From assembly GCF_001194135.2 (NCBI RefSeq), contig NC_068982.1, positions 11,379,567 through 11,443,566 of the forward strand: a stretch of DNA of 64,000 nucleotides, given 5' to 3'. This DNA is from Octopus bimaculoides. Lineage: Eukaryota. The notes below the pieces were generated by a model that worked only from the letters and a program-made list of their open reading frames with translations, searched no databases and had not been told where the DNA came from. The translations under genes were made by a program, and so were the position numbers. Positions 1-13,595 of the stretch are shown one piece after another (the stretch's first letter is position 1; each line of letters starts with the position of its first letter).

Positions 1-1789
1 ATGCTTTTCCCTAAATGCATCATCAGCAGGTGTAAATGGTTGGAATATCAATCAACCAGGAAGGAATCAAGATGTCTTTGATGCATTTAGAAATGAAACA
101 TGTATCATTATTATTATTATTAAGCATTAAATCTGAGTTCAGTGTTCATAAAATAATGTGAACCACACAAATGAAATAGGAAGAAAAAAAACTACATCAA
201 ATACGTTAATATTTTCTTTAATACTCCCCCCCTCTCCACATTACAAATAATTTTAATGACTTCCCAGTAATCTTTATGAAGCAACTAAACAAGACATGAC
301 TAAACACAAAAAATTATTTTAAACATAAAACAGCCTTTTTAATAACTTTTTAGAAAAATAATTTATTGGTAACAAACATTAATCATAAGTTATATTTACT
401 TGTCTAATGAATTAACTATGTATATTAAAAAAAAATGAAGCAAAACTTGAAATTTAAATTGTATTATTAGAGAAACTTCAAGATTGACTTTTAAGCCAGA
501 GTGAAATGTGTGTATTTACAATTGTACTACAGCACTTAAACAGTACTCCACATGTTATGGCAATAATTTAAACAAGGATTATTCTCCTCATAAAACATAT
601 ATTATATACATATATATAAATTGTAGTTGCTCTGACGTATAGGATCAACTGAGACAGCTAAGAATTCCAAAATATCGGCTTACTAGTTAATAATAAACCT
701 CAACAAAACAGGATTTTCATCATCTGATCATTTTTAATTAGTGTGTGCGTGTGTGCGCGCGCATTCAACATTTGCAACTAAGACCCACACACACACACAC
801 AAATGAAAAAAAAATGTTAATACACTATTTGATGGAAATTCAACAATAATCAATCAGAATTTCAAATATTGGAGAAGAAAATTAAGAATAATGCAATACC
901 AAAAACAAAAAAACAAAAATTTAATCTACAATTTATAAATTCTAAAATTAATGAAATTGTATAAAGTAAATTAATTCTACTGAAAATGGTTTTTCCAGAT
1001 TAATTATAAAAAGTTTTTCAGGACAACTAAAATAGACAAAGAGCTGATTTTATTCAATTTTCTTTAACAGGAAGTATTATATTCATGTTAATACTAAAAA
1101 TAGTCACTTCTAAATTATTTCTCAACGTTTAACATGTACTACTACAGAGATAAAAAAGAAAAAAAGTTCAGATTAATCAGATACCACCAAAATGAGCTTA
1201 GTGATCTTATATCACTACTACCACGATAATATTCTGATAATATATCAACAAATAAATGAAATGGAATTATTTCATATTATGCAGAATAACACGAGATAAA
1301 TTGCTCTTAAACAAAGTCCATGATAATCAGCAAATATTTTAGATCAAAGTTAAAAATTGCAGATTATATTTAAGAGAGCTAAAAAGCACAGAACGGCAGT
1401 ACAAGTCGTTGCTGGAAGGTTATATATAAAGAATCAATATTTTGAAAAGGAAAAAGCAGCAGTGAGTAGCAATACCTGACATGTGTAATGATAACTGTAT
1501 CTAATTTGGAAAAATTAGACTATCATATGGTTTTAATATTACTACTAGCTAGAATTTTAATAGCAATCAATAAATGTAACATCAATGATCTTATATGTAT
1601 ATATGCAGTCACGATAAGAGAAAATATAAATAACATGCTTTATTTTTATTATTAGTAAAATATATATTTAAATACATGTACACACTAATTGAAGACTTGC
1701 TGCTTCAACACACAGATATGAAGGGTTGTTGATGCATGAGGAGTGTGCGGTGTGCTTGAGAGGTACAGAGTGTGTAGGGAGAGATATGA

Positions 1790-2442
1790 AGTGGAAGTAA
1801 GAGGAATAGAAAGAGATAAAGGGGAAATAAAGTAAAGAAGAAGATAGAAAGCAGGAGAAATATGAGAGAAAAATAAAAGAACGAAAAGGAGAAGGAAAAA
1901 AAAAGGAGGAATAAATGCGTGGGATAAATGATATAGAAAGTGTGGGGAGAAAAGTATTAGAGAACGGCGAAATAAAGATTGTGAAAAGAAAGACAGAAAG
2001 TGAGAAGAAAAGATAGAGATAGCGATAGAAGGAAAAAATAGAGAAAAAGCGATAGGAGTAAACGAGAGGGAAGAAGACGATGTGTGTAGAAAAGGATAGA
2101 GAGAGAGAGAGGAAGAGTGAGTTAAAAGGAGAGAAAGTGTGAGGAGAAAGGATAAGTGTGAGGGGGGGAAAGGTAGAAAGCGAAGGAAAGGATAGAGATA
2201 AAAAGGAGAAAGGAGAGAAAGTGTGAGGAGAAAGGATAGAGAGAAAGTGTGAGGGGAAAGGATAGATAATGTGAGGGGAAGGAGGAAATGGTAAATAGAA
2301 AGTGTGAAGAGAAAAGAAAGTGTTGAAGAGAAAAGTATATAGTGTGAGGAAAAGGGGGAGCAAAGGATAGAAATAGTGTGAGGAGAAAAGGATAAGGAAA
2401 AAGTGAGAGGAGAAATAGAGAAACTGCGAGGGGAGGGGGGAG
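1790..2442 (+). repeat. Purine-rich (GA) low-complexity tract with imperfect ~24-bp units
   Basis: gagaaagtgtgagg(a/g)gaaaggata repeated several times. Confidence 0.8.
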
Positions 2443-4408
2443 NNNNNNNNNNNNNNNNNNNNNNNNNNNNNNNNNNNNNNNNNNNNNNNNNNNNNNNNNN
2501 NNNNNNNNNNNNNNNNNNNNNNNNNNNNNNNNNNNNNNNNNNNNNNNNNNNNNNNNNNNNNNNNNNNNNNNNNNNNNNNNNNNNNNNNNNNNNNNNNNNN
2601 NNNNNNNNNNNNNNNNNNNNNNNNNNNNNNNNNNNNNNNNNNNNNNNNNNNNNNNNNNNNNNNNNNNNNNNNNNNNNNNNNNNNNNNNNNNNNNNNNNNN
2701 NNNNNNNNNNNNNNNNNNNNNNNNNNNNNNNNNNNNNNNNNNNNNNNNNNNNNNNNNNNNNNNNNNNNNNNNNNNNNNNNNNNNNNNNNNNNNNNNNNNN
2801 NNNNNNNNNNNNNNNNNNNNNNNNNNNNNNNNNNNNNNNNNNNNNNNNNNNNNNNNNNNNNNNNNNNNNNNNNNNNNNNNNNNNNNNNNNNNNNNNNNNN
2901 NNNNNNNNNNNNNNNNNNNNNNNNNNNNNNNNNNNNNNNNNNNNNNNNNNNNNNNNNNNNNNNNNNNNNNNNNNNNNNNNNNNNNNNNNNNNNNNNNNNN
3001 NNNNNNNNNNNNNNNNNNNNNNNNNNNNNNNNNNNNCCGCAATTATTAAATATTAAAGTTGAATGAATTTTAAAATTGGTTTGAGTTTCTTATTTTTTTT
3101 TGTTTTAAAATTTAAAAAAAAATTTTTTTATAAAAAAAAAAAAAATTTTGTTTTAAAAGATTAAACTAAGGAAATAATGCATCGATTTCTGTGAATTATT
3201 GAAATAAAAACCTATTATTTTAAATTTTATCTTCAGAAAACGTAAAAAAAATAAAATTAGTGTGTGTAAGAGAGAATGTGTGTGTGTGTGTGTATCAGAT
3301 TAGGCATCTTTTTAATTTTATTTTCGGTAAACTGCAACTGAGGAAGAATCGCGTGAAACTAAGTGTGTGTGTGTGTGTGTGTGTAAGAGGGGAAGAGTAT
3401 ATAGAATTGGGCATATTTACAAAATAACTTCGCTTTGGTTTGTTGTCCAAGACCAAAAATTCAAAGCAGTGAATAGATAAATCAAATAAAAATAATATCT
3501 AAAGACGATAAAAATGCTCAAGTGAAATAATTGTTCATTTTAATTCAATTTTTAATGAAAGAAAATACCAAAATATAATTAAACTCAAGTTCGATGTAGT
3601 AGTAGATGGATAGCGTACTACAATAATACATAATATTATTTATTACTCGTTGAATTTTATCGAATTGGATAGTAATGAATTAGTTTGTAATATCAGTGAG
3701 AATATTACCAGAAATAAATGTGAATGCTAAGCTAAGTCAAAAAAAGAATTACAGCCGCAAGCGAAGGCAAGATGCCTAAGTAATTATTATTCTATGAGAT
3801 TTACAAACATTCTATCAATAAAATACCCAACAAAACTTAACTGAAAACTACATTAGAAAAGTTTAAATTTATTTTTAAAAAAAATAAAATAAAATAAAAC
3901 AAAATGAAATAAAATTTATCTGCGTAGACAAATCAACTTAACAATCGCTTTTTGTAATCAAGCAGCACTGACAGAGAAAAGTGGATAAGAGTATGGGGAA
4001 AAGGTTTTTCAGACTGTTGAAATAGGCAATAATGCTACATTTAATGCAGGCTCGATAAATAACATACGCCAGTGAAAGAATCAGTAATATCTAGGTCAAT
4101 GGATTATCCGATTCAAAGTAAAATACAATTAAAAAAGAATTTATAGTTGCATTTATATATATATATATATANNNNNNNNNNNNNNNNNNNNNNNNNNNNN
4201 NNNNNNNNNNNNNNNNNNNNNNNNNNNNNNNNNNNNNNNNNNNNNNNNNNNNNNNNNNNNNNNNNNNNNNNNNNNNNNNNNNNNNNNNNNNNNNNNNNNN
4301 NNNNNNNNNNNNNNNNNNNNNNNNNNNNNNNNNNNNNNNNNNNNNNNNNNNNNNNNNNNNNNNNNNNNNNNNNNNNNNNNNNNNNNNNNNNNNNNNNNNN
4401 NNNNNNNN

Positions 4409-4439
<31 letters not shown>

Positions 4440-7364
4440 TATATATATTATATAAACAATTCCCATATACACACATGTAAACAACCCTTACACGTAAACA
4501 GTACTTTCCCATATAAACAGTATTAACACACACGCGATTACGCAATTCATATTCTAAGATGATGTGGAAAGCGCTTAAAATTAATTTAAGCATGTTCCTT
4601 TCTTCCACAGAAAAATATTTATTAGAACATGTCAAATGAACAACGAAATTGTAATAAATATACTGATGAGGAAGAAGGAGGAGTCAGAAAGCTGTCAGAA
4701 TAGAGAACCCGTTGAAACATGCATTTCTCAATTCTTCCTTCTTTCAACAGCAGCTAGTTTAATGTTTTGTCAAGCAAGCAGTTCGAGTGTCCAGATAAAA
4801 TTGCCATCGTTCGAAAAAAGCAGGCTGGAGAATCAGTGGTGAAGGTTAATCGACTAAGTTAACACCCCATTCAGAAATGCATAACAGGGCTGTCAGTCAG
4901 TAGAGCAAGTCCAACAAGTGTTCGGTTACAACAAATTAGATACATTTGAAACGTTCAACAGAAGATGCAAGTTGCCTGCAATTATTATTATTATTTTCTT
5001 TTTTGACTTGCAAAATAACAGTAATAACTGCTTGGTATATTTGAAAATTTAAATATAGCGCAAAGAGGTGGCTATCCCGTTTAGGTTCACAAGCAGTGCC
5101 GACCGTTTTCGGTGGTTACTACTTTCAGGAAACATGCTATACACAATCAAGGGATACTATTTCATATTAACCCCCTACCTCCTGTAGGAGGTGGACCCAT
5201 TAGGCGGGAACATTATCGCGATTCGAAACCGTTAATTAATTGTCGAAACTATAACCGACTGTTTTTGCTTTCATTAAAGCACGTTTGATTAAAAAGTCTT
5301 AAAAACACGACAAATTCATTCAATTTTAATACTAGATTTAATTTACTGCACGTAAACTATGATTTTGTAATAAATTTTATATAAGAAATATTACAAAACG
5401 ATAATAAACATTTTTAAAGCAAAAACAAGTGCTTTTTCTTTAAAAAAAATATTAACGATGTAATACAACGAAATAAAATTAAGAATGAAATTTATCAAAG
5501 ATACACTATTTATGATTTATTTATATCAAACAAAGGGAAATATGAGATAATTATTGTTCTAATCATAAGATATAATATATACATATTATATATTAAGATT
5601 AGAAAAATAAAATGTGAAGGACAAAAACTTAATATATATATGTATATATATATATATACAATTTTATAGACACAACATGTTTTTATTATTTAGAAAATAA
5701 TTAGAGATAATCCTTAACTCCAAAAGCGAAACAAACATTGCTACACTAATCGATTTATCAGACTTATAAAACCTAAGCAGTTTAGAGATAGAGGGGAGGG
5801 GGGGTTAAAGGAAAGAGAGAGAGAGAAAGAGAAGAGGTGAAGGGGGAGAGAAAGAATCGTCTTGACTAAATACACAAACGGCAGCTTTAAATACATATTT
5901 AGATAGAAAGAAAAGAGTAGTGAAGAGAGAAAGAGGGTGGGAAAAAGAGAAAAAGGAGGAGGAGAAAAGAAACCCATATACATAAATATATTAGAAATAG
6001 AAGCTATGTGAAGTTGTTGGCTTCCAGCTCTACCTACATACACCAACTTTGATAGGAAACTAAACAGCAGCAGGCGAAAGCTGTGTAAAGGGGAGGCAGG
6101 TCTGTACCAATTAAGGGGAGAGGGAGGACGAATTAAGATTTTTCACGATAGTATTATTAACCCTAGAACTTGGTGGATTTCAAATGAAATTCTTATTTAA
6201 AAAATTCATGCTACTAATATTGTTTCTATGTATTCACTGGGTATCAATTTTCAGTTTCACTTTACTATTAATGAAAAATTATTTTCCTCGATATCAATTT
6301 TATTTTTTTAAATGAAATATGAAGAATAAAAATGAACGATTTCGTTTTTCAAAATGTTTCAATTGATTTCTTATTCAATCCACGATCCGTGAAATGGTTC
6401 CAAATTAAATTTTGAAAAGTTTAATAAAGTGTTTATACAAAATTTATTTTTTTTACTGAAGTACGTTGATATATTTGTAAGAAATCTAATGATTTCTGTT
6501 AAAGAAATATTTAAAGCGAATGATTTCTAAATCATATTTAAAATCGAAAGAAAAAAATTATATTTTATCGATAAATAATTCTGATAAAACATGAAAATAA
6601 ATCTCCTGGTAGAATAAGATAATCAATAAAAAATCAACGATAAAGGCAGCTATCAAACAAAAATAACAGAGATAGTTTTTTTTTCTTTTCAAAAAGAAAT
6701 CTTGTTACGCAATAAAGCAGAATATTTGTTCATGCTGCTGAGGAATAATAATGTATATGATAACTTAAAAAAGTCACGAAGTACAACACCCATTTGGGAC
6801 TAAGTGACTGAAAAACTGGAGATATAAAACTTGATCTAACAGTAAGCTTGTGAAAAACTAATTTTTATATAATACTGGATGCTCACCTTGAGAACAAAAA
6901 GTGAGATAACAACGACAGCTGACTAAAAGCTTTCTTCTATAAAATAAAACGTCAATCAACAGGCCATGATTTATCAACATAAGCAGAGAAATGAATCAAT
7001 AAAGGTTTTGAAAAACGCGATCTCTTTAAGTTAGTGTTTGAAAAACAATTTTTCACACAGCAATTGGTCGTAGAAGAAACAATATCAATCAAGTGTTGGG
7101 CTTGACTATGAAAACAGGTGATTTTTAAAAAAAATATAAACAAAAAAAAACAAAAAGAGAAAAAGCAATCCTGCTATGTGTAAACAAACTCCATCCAATA
7201 TCATTTAACCGATTCATAAGAAAATATATTCATATGAAGAAGCAAATGAAATAAAACAAAACAAAAATATTAGTTTGTGGAAAAAAATAAATGAACATAT
7301 GTAAAGTTTTGTTGTTGTTTTTTTTTTCTCAAAGATAAAATCAATTATTGACTAAAATTCTTAC

Positions 7365-7616
7365 CTGGCCATGTGAAGGGAGTTCTCCTATAGGAGTATC
7401 TTTAGGAAGGAAATAGAGACGTAAGCTTGATAAATTCTGCTTATGAACATCCTGCCACAAGAGTTGAATTTCACCAATACACAATGGTCCATCACGCAAT
7501 AATTTGAGAAAGAAAAATTCTCCAGGAGAAAGAATCTTTGTTTGGCCTTCCTTGAAATATTTAAAAGCCTTGTAAAATATGTAAGATCCATGTTTACCAC
7601 AAGGCGACCCGACAAA
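7365..7616 (-). CDS. ARID5B: Internal coding exon (probably exon 2) of an ARID5B-like AT-rich interactive domain protein, N-terminal BAH-like region
   Basis: Minus strand: tatag|TTTGTCGGG...GGCCAG|gtaaga. 252 nt, phase 0/0, open: FVGSPCGKHGSYIFYKAFKYFKEGQTKILSPGEFFFLKLLRDGPLCIGEIQLLWQDVHKQNLSSLRLYFLPKDTPIGELPSHGQ. Aligns by eye along its whole length with the vertebrate ARID5B N-terminus as recalled (WVGSPCGLHGPYIFYKAF...LGDFFF...ICIAELQLLW...KLYFLPEDTPQG...HGE). Confidence 0.93.
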
Positions 7617-7625
7617 CTATATTTA

Positions 7626-8259
7626 NNNNNNNNNNNNNNNNNNNNNNNNNNNNNNNNNNNNNNNNNNNNNNNNNNNNNNNNNNNNNNNNNNNNNNNNNNN
7701 NNNNNNNNNNNNNNNNNNNNNNNNNNNNNNNNNNNNNNNNNNNNNNNNNNNNNNNNNNNNNNNNNNNNNNNNNNNNNNNNNNNNNNNNNNNNNNNNNNNN
7801 NNNNNNNNNNNNNNNNNNNNNNNNNNNNNNNNNNNNNNNNNNNNNNNNNNNNNNNNNNNNNNNNNNNNNNNNNNNNNNNNNNNNNNNNNNNNNNNNNNNN
7901 NNNNNNNNNNNNNNNNNNNNNNNNNNNNNNNNNNNNNNNNNNNNNNNNNNNNNNNNNNNNNNNNNNNNNNNNNNNNNNNNNNNNNNNNNNNNNNNNNNNN
8001 NNNNNNNNNNNNNNNNNNNNNNNNNNNNNNNNNNNNNNNNNNNNNNNNNNNNNNNNNNNNNNNNNNNNNNNNNNNNNNNNNNNNNNNNNNNNNNNNNNNN
8101 NNNNNNNNNNNNNNNNNNNNNNNNNNNNNNNNNNNNNNNNNNNNNNNNNNNNNNNNNNNNNNNNNNNNNNNNNNNNNNNNNNNNNNNNNNNNNNNNNNNN
8201 NNNNNNNNNNNNNNNNNNNNNNNNNNNNNNNNNNNNNNNNNNNNNNNNNNNNNNNNNNN
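7626..8259. other. Assembly gap just upstream of the ARID5B-like exon (one of 13 N-gaps)
   Basis: N-run; truncates the polypyrimidine tract of the 7616 acceptor. Confidence 0.95.
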
Positions 8260-8308
<49 letters not shown>

Positions 8309-10010
8309 TATATTTCGGAAATATTTATCTTATTTTTCTCTCATTCCAATCGCTTAAGTCCTTGTTTTCTTTCAATTGAGTGAGTGCACCAAGTTTATAT
8401 TTGTCTTCCTATCTAAACAGAAATTCGTAGAGGGGGAAATAAAATAAAAATAAAATAATATAAAATAAAATAAATCAAATTATTCCATCTCGCTAAGTTA
8501 AATTAAGAAATATTTCCTCTTGATCATGAAATCTGCAGTGTTGATATTCATTTTTATAATTCCTTTTTCCAAATGTGTAACATTTTATATTTCAAAATAA
8601 AAACGATAATTTTTTTTTTTAATTGCAAACGTGTGTGTAGGTACTATGTAAGGATGCAAATTTCTTTTATGTATATATATATATATATGTGTATAAATAT
8701 ATATGTATATATTTATATGTGTGTGTAAGTGCGTGAGAAAGCGTGTGTGTGTGTGTGTATCTGTTCCTATATTCCTTGAAAATGCAAAGAATCGCAAACA
8801 GATTTTTCACGTCGTCGACAATTCATCAGTACCACCGTACTCGAAGTATTGTGTTATATGTATGTGAGCTGCAGCTTGTATGTTATAAGCTACACAAATC
8901 TGCCATCTAAATAGGTCACTATTCAATCGTTTTACAAACTCATACGATTGGTCGATAAGGCTATGGATGATGAAACGGGTCGTAAAATACCCAATTGCTA
9001 AATTAAAATGACTGTTATGGAATAGAAAAATTATCAATATCAGAGAAACTATTTCCTCTCACTTTCCCCCATTCGCTTTCTTTTTTCCTTCCTTTTTCAT
9101 TTTTCTCTTCTTTATATCTAACTTCCTCGAACCAAACTATCTCTTCCTGTGAGACACTTTTCTTTCATTTGAATTTTTATTTCTTAGTAAAGAAAAAAAA
9201 TTAAATAAAATAAAAAGAAAATGAATATTTTTCTAGTTTGTTGATATAATTAATTTATCAATATACTTTCTCTTTTACACTAGGTGATATATATGTGTNN
9301 NNNNNNNNNNNNNNNNNNNNNNNNNNNNNNNNNNNNNNNNNNNNNNNNNNNNNNNNNNNNNNNNNNNNNNNNNNNNNNNNNNNNNNNNNNNNNNNNNNNN
9401 NNNNNNNNNNNNNNNNNNNNNNNNNNNNNNNNNNNNNNNNNNNNNNNNNNNNNNNNNNNNNNNNNNNNNNNNNNNNNNNNNNNNNNNNNNNNNNNNNNNN
9501 NNNNNNNNNNNNNNNNNNNNNNNNNNNNNNNNNNNNNNNNNNNNNNNNNNNNNNNNNNNNNNNNNNNNNNNNNNNNNNNNNNNNNNNNNNNNNNNNNNNN
9601 NNNNNNNNNNNNNNNNNNNNNNNNNNNNNNNNNNNNNNNNNNNNNNNNNNNNNNNNNNNNNNNNNNNNNNNNNNNNNNNNNNNNNNNNNNNNNNNNNNNN
9701 NNNNNNNNNNNNNNNNNNNNNNNNNNNNNNNNNNNNNNNNNNNNNNNNNNNNNNNNNNNNNNNNNNNNNNNNNNNNNNNNNNNNNNNNNNNNNNNNNNNN
9801 NNNNNNNNNNNNNNNNNNNNNNNNNNNNNNNNNNNNNNNNNNNNNNNNNNNNNNNNNNNNNNNNNNNNNNNNNNNNNNNNNNNNNNNNNNNNNNNNNNNN
9901 NNNNNNNNNNNNNNNNNNNNNNNNNNNNNNNNNNNNNNNNNNNNNNNNNNNNNNNNNNNNNNNNNNNNNNNNNNNNNNNNNNNNNNNNNNNNNNNNNNNN
10001 NNNNNNNGTG

Positions 10011-10061
<51 letters not shown>

Positions 10062-12048
10062 TATAAAACATTGAATATGTTTCCTAAATTTTTTGAAAAT
10101 ACTGGAATAAAATTTACTTTGTTAGTAAAATATTAAATAATTCAAGATATTTTAATTAGAAATAATTTAAGCATTACATTTTCTTTTATTTTATTCAAAA
10201 TTTTCATTATTTGATAAGGAAATATTAATAATTCTTATTTACATAAACTTTGTGTGCGTGTGTATGTGTGTGTGAGATAGCGCGCGCGTATGTGTCTGTG
10301 TGTCTGTGTGTCTGAGTATATATACATGTATACATTGTAAAGTATGTTTAATGTGTGTGTGTATGAGTGCGTGTGTGCGCACGCACGCGCGTGTCGAATG
10401 ACAATCTATAGCGTTAACAATCAATAAGGTTGATGAACTAGGAGCCATTATGGTGTCGGAAATAAGCACATGTTTTATACAATTAAGAAAAGTGATCAAA
10501 TTATTGTTGTTCATTAAGGTTTATATTTTTAATTGGTATTCAAGGAAAACGACAGCGTATATTCTGACTTACAAATTACACACACACACACACACACACT
10601 CACATAAATAAATAATAAAATATTTTTGAAAGTGAGATATATATATATATATATATGTATATATATGTATGTACCTCTGTGTGTGTGTGTGTATAAGATA
10701 CTGTCATGTTAAGCTGTATGATTAACTTGAAAACTGAATAATTTCTGCCTGGATTTATAATCTAGTGCCGCTAGCTTGGTAACTACTTTTAATGCACCAA
10801 TCAAATACAAGCATTTCTTGACTTAAATATTCCTCTTGTGTTTACTGAAGCGTATTTACTTTTTCTCATTGTTAGCTGTTTTGTTGCATTTAATTCTAAA
10901 TACATTTTATATTAAACTTGCGTCTGTTAGGTATGTGTACGTGTGTGCGCGTTTAGTATACAGACAGTGAATGTGCGCGCGCGCATAGATATATATATAC
11001 ATATACATATATATATATAAATATAAAAATATCATATACATATATATATACATACACATACATTCACTGAATAAAATATTTGCATGTGTTCATTCACTTT
11101 ATATATGATACACATAGACATATCACATTTATAAATTGAATTGAATACATGCATAAAATGTGTATGTGTGTGAGTTATTCAGATATATTGATCTTTCAAC
11201 AGCTAATAATTATTAAAAACAGTCGTGAGCGTGCATAGATACCTACTTTCAGAGAAGAAGAAAAAAAATCATTTGGGAATATTTATTTTACCAATATTTC
11301 TTACTAAGGCTAGCTAAGATATTCTATTGACGACTTTCATTGATACTACTGTATGCTTCTTTCAATGGATATCTATTTATTCTTTCATTTAATTTTACTT
11401 GGGGTGAAAACAAATATATTTTAAGGTTTCTTTCTTTCTTTCTTTCTTTTTTTTATCTTAGAGAAGATAACAGATTTTTCAGTAAAATATTTTAAGCTAT
11501 AATTATGTGCAGCAGTTTAATTGATTTTTTTTTTTTCATTTTATGTTTAATTAAATAAATTACTTTTTAAAAATATGAAAATTTAATACACCATATATAG
11601 AAAACTTTAAAAAGGGAGAACATTAACTAGTTCCATATTTGTATTGAATATTATAGTTGGTTAAAATATCCTTTAAGTTCTTTCGGATAAATCCTAATTA
11701 AAATAAAATGTAATATTGATTAGGAAAGCAACATCTCTCACTGAAATATGAATGTTGTGGGAAAATAATAGTTAACATCGAATAAACACGTTCTCAAAAG
11801 AGTGCCAGCAAGTCATTAGGAAATATTAATCCAATTAAGGCTAAAGGGAGTCATTCCTCTCACTATACATGAAGATACTAATCAATAATATGATGCCCAA
11901 TTAAAAGGTTTATACTCCCCATCAACTAAGCATCTTATACAAATAGGCAATGATATAGCTTAGCAATGAGCTATTCAATAAATGAGACAAGGAGAGAAAA
12001 AAAAATTGCTTTTTGATATTTCTGTATCAAATTCAGTAAATTCTTTTT

Positions 12049-12096
12049 ATATCTATCTATCTATCTATCTATCTATATATATATATATATATATAT

Positions 12097-12146
<50 letters not shown>
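12049..12146. repeat. Self-complementary compound microsatellite (ATCT)n-(AT)n-(AGAT)n
   Basis: Read directly from sequence. Confidence 0.9.
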
Positions 12147-12148
<2 letters not shown>

Positions 12149-12317
12149 AATTGAAGAAAAAATTAAATCAACAGGAAATGAATGTGCTAATGCATACTGT
12201 ATTGAATTATATGGGTTTAAAAGCTGCTTATATGTCTTTCAAAGATAACGGTACTTCAAGACTTTTTTGCATGACTTTATAACATACTACCGATTTCAAA
12301 TATATTGAATTACGATC

Positions 12318-12389
<72 letters not shown>

Positions 12390-12593
12390 TTTATTTAAAA
12401 GCAGCAGAAATATAACAAAAAAACCGTTACTCATGTATGTATATGTATGTATATATCCTTAACATACATATATATCATACCTGCCTACTCTGATAAGCAT
12501 GCATGGTATTATCTGGTTTTAAAATGCAGTGTGAAACTGAATGGTAAGATTGGCCATAATAAATATATATTGCAGTATACTTTGTGTAGTGTG

Positions 12594-12640
<47 letters not shown>

Positions 12641-13200
12641 AAGATGGAGACATACACAGTACCATTCCAAATCCCTGATAAGAACAATGATGAAACAAAA
12701 TACATTTTGTTGGACCCATGGTTAGGGATTAAACCTGTTGACGCTCACACTTCCAAATTTCAGACATTTATTCTAAGAAGCCTGTCCATGTTTTTGGGGT
12801 TCAAGAAAATAAAGTCTACTTTATAACGTATTCCTAATATATTGAATGTATTTTCTAAGCACAAATCAGTATTTGTACTAATAGTCAAAAGAACCTCGAA
12901 ATTAAAAATAGCACATGAACAGACAAAAAAAAAAAAAACGAAGAAAAATAGAGTATTCCTGCTATTAACGCAAATATTAAGAAGATTAAACTGAATGCAA
13001 GCTTTCCAATAAAAGACAATTTTAGTTTAAAATTACTTTTTCCCCACCAGAAATCACATTCAAAGTTTCTGGATTTATAAAAAAAAAAATAGGAAAAATA
13101 TGAAAACTCATCTCGAAACAAATCCTTACATTTTTGATGATAACACTTCAAAAAACAAAATTTCGAAATTGAATAATTATATCAGTATACAGAAATTAGT

Positions 13201-13595
13201 CGGTGTGGCTGTGTGGTAAGAAGTGTGCTTCCCAACCACATGGTCCTGGGTTCAGTCCCACTGTGTGTCATCTTGGGCAAGCAAGCTTCTTCTATCAAGG
13301 CCTCAAGCTGACGAAAGCATTTTGAGTGGATCTGATTGGTGAAAACTGAAAGAAGCCTGTCATATATATGTGTGTGTATGTGTGTGTATTTGACCCCAAC
13401 CACTAATTGACACTTGGTGTTGGTGTGTATACATCCCATGACTTAGCAGTTTGGGCAAAAGAGATCAATAAAATAAATACCAGGATTAAAAATAAAAAAT
13501 AAGTACTGGGATCGATGCATTCAGCTAAAAGTTCTTCAAGCCGTGCCCCAGCATGGCCACAATCTAAATATCTGAAACAAAAGACAAAAGATAAA
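13201..13595 (+). mobile_element. SINE family B (tRNA-like head, CORE-like ccttgggcaagt motif, internal TA/TG microsatellite)
   Basis: ggctgtgtggtaagaag...ttcagtcccactg...ttgggcaag...(TG)n...cccagcatggcc...tgaaacaa...aaaaga; first SINE in the window. Confidence 0.85.

Noticed and set aside
1668-2363. 231-aa F/L/S-rich minus-strand ORF that looks membrane-like
   Set aside because: Translation of the CT-rich strand of a GA low-complexity tract.
8800-9040. Candidates for the ARID5 first coding exon
   Set aside because: No ATG-initiated, phase-0, GT-ending exon could be built.
2122-10074. Long ORFs of 200-305 aa in the ORF track
   Set aside because: They consist of N-gaps (X) and dinucleotide repeats; the real ARID5 frame differs from the listed 7388..8305 ORF.
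13201-13290. tRNA-like A/B-box sequence (tggtaag...ggttcagtccc)
   Set aside because: SINE heads, not tRNA genes: no cloverleaf, and they continue into SINE body.
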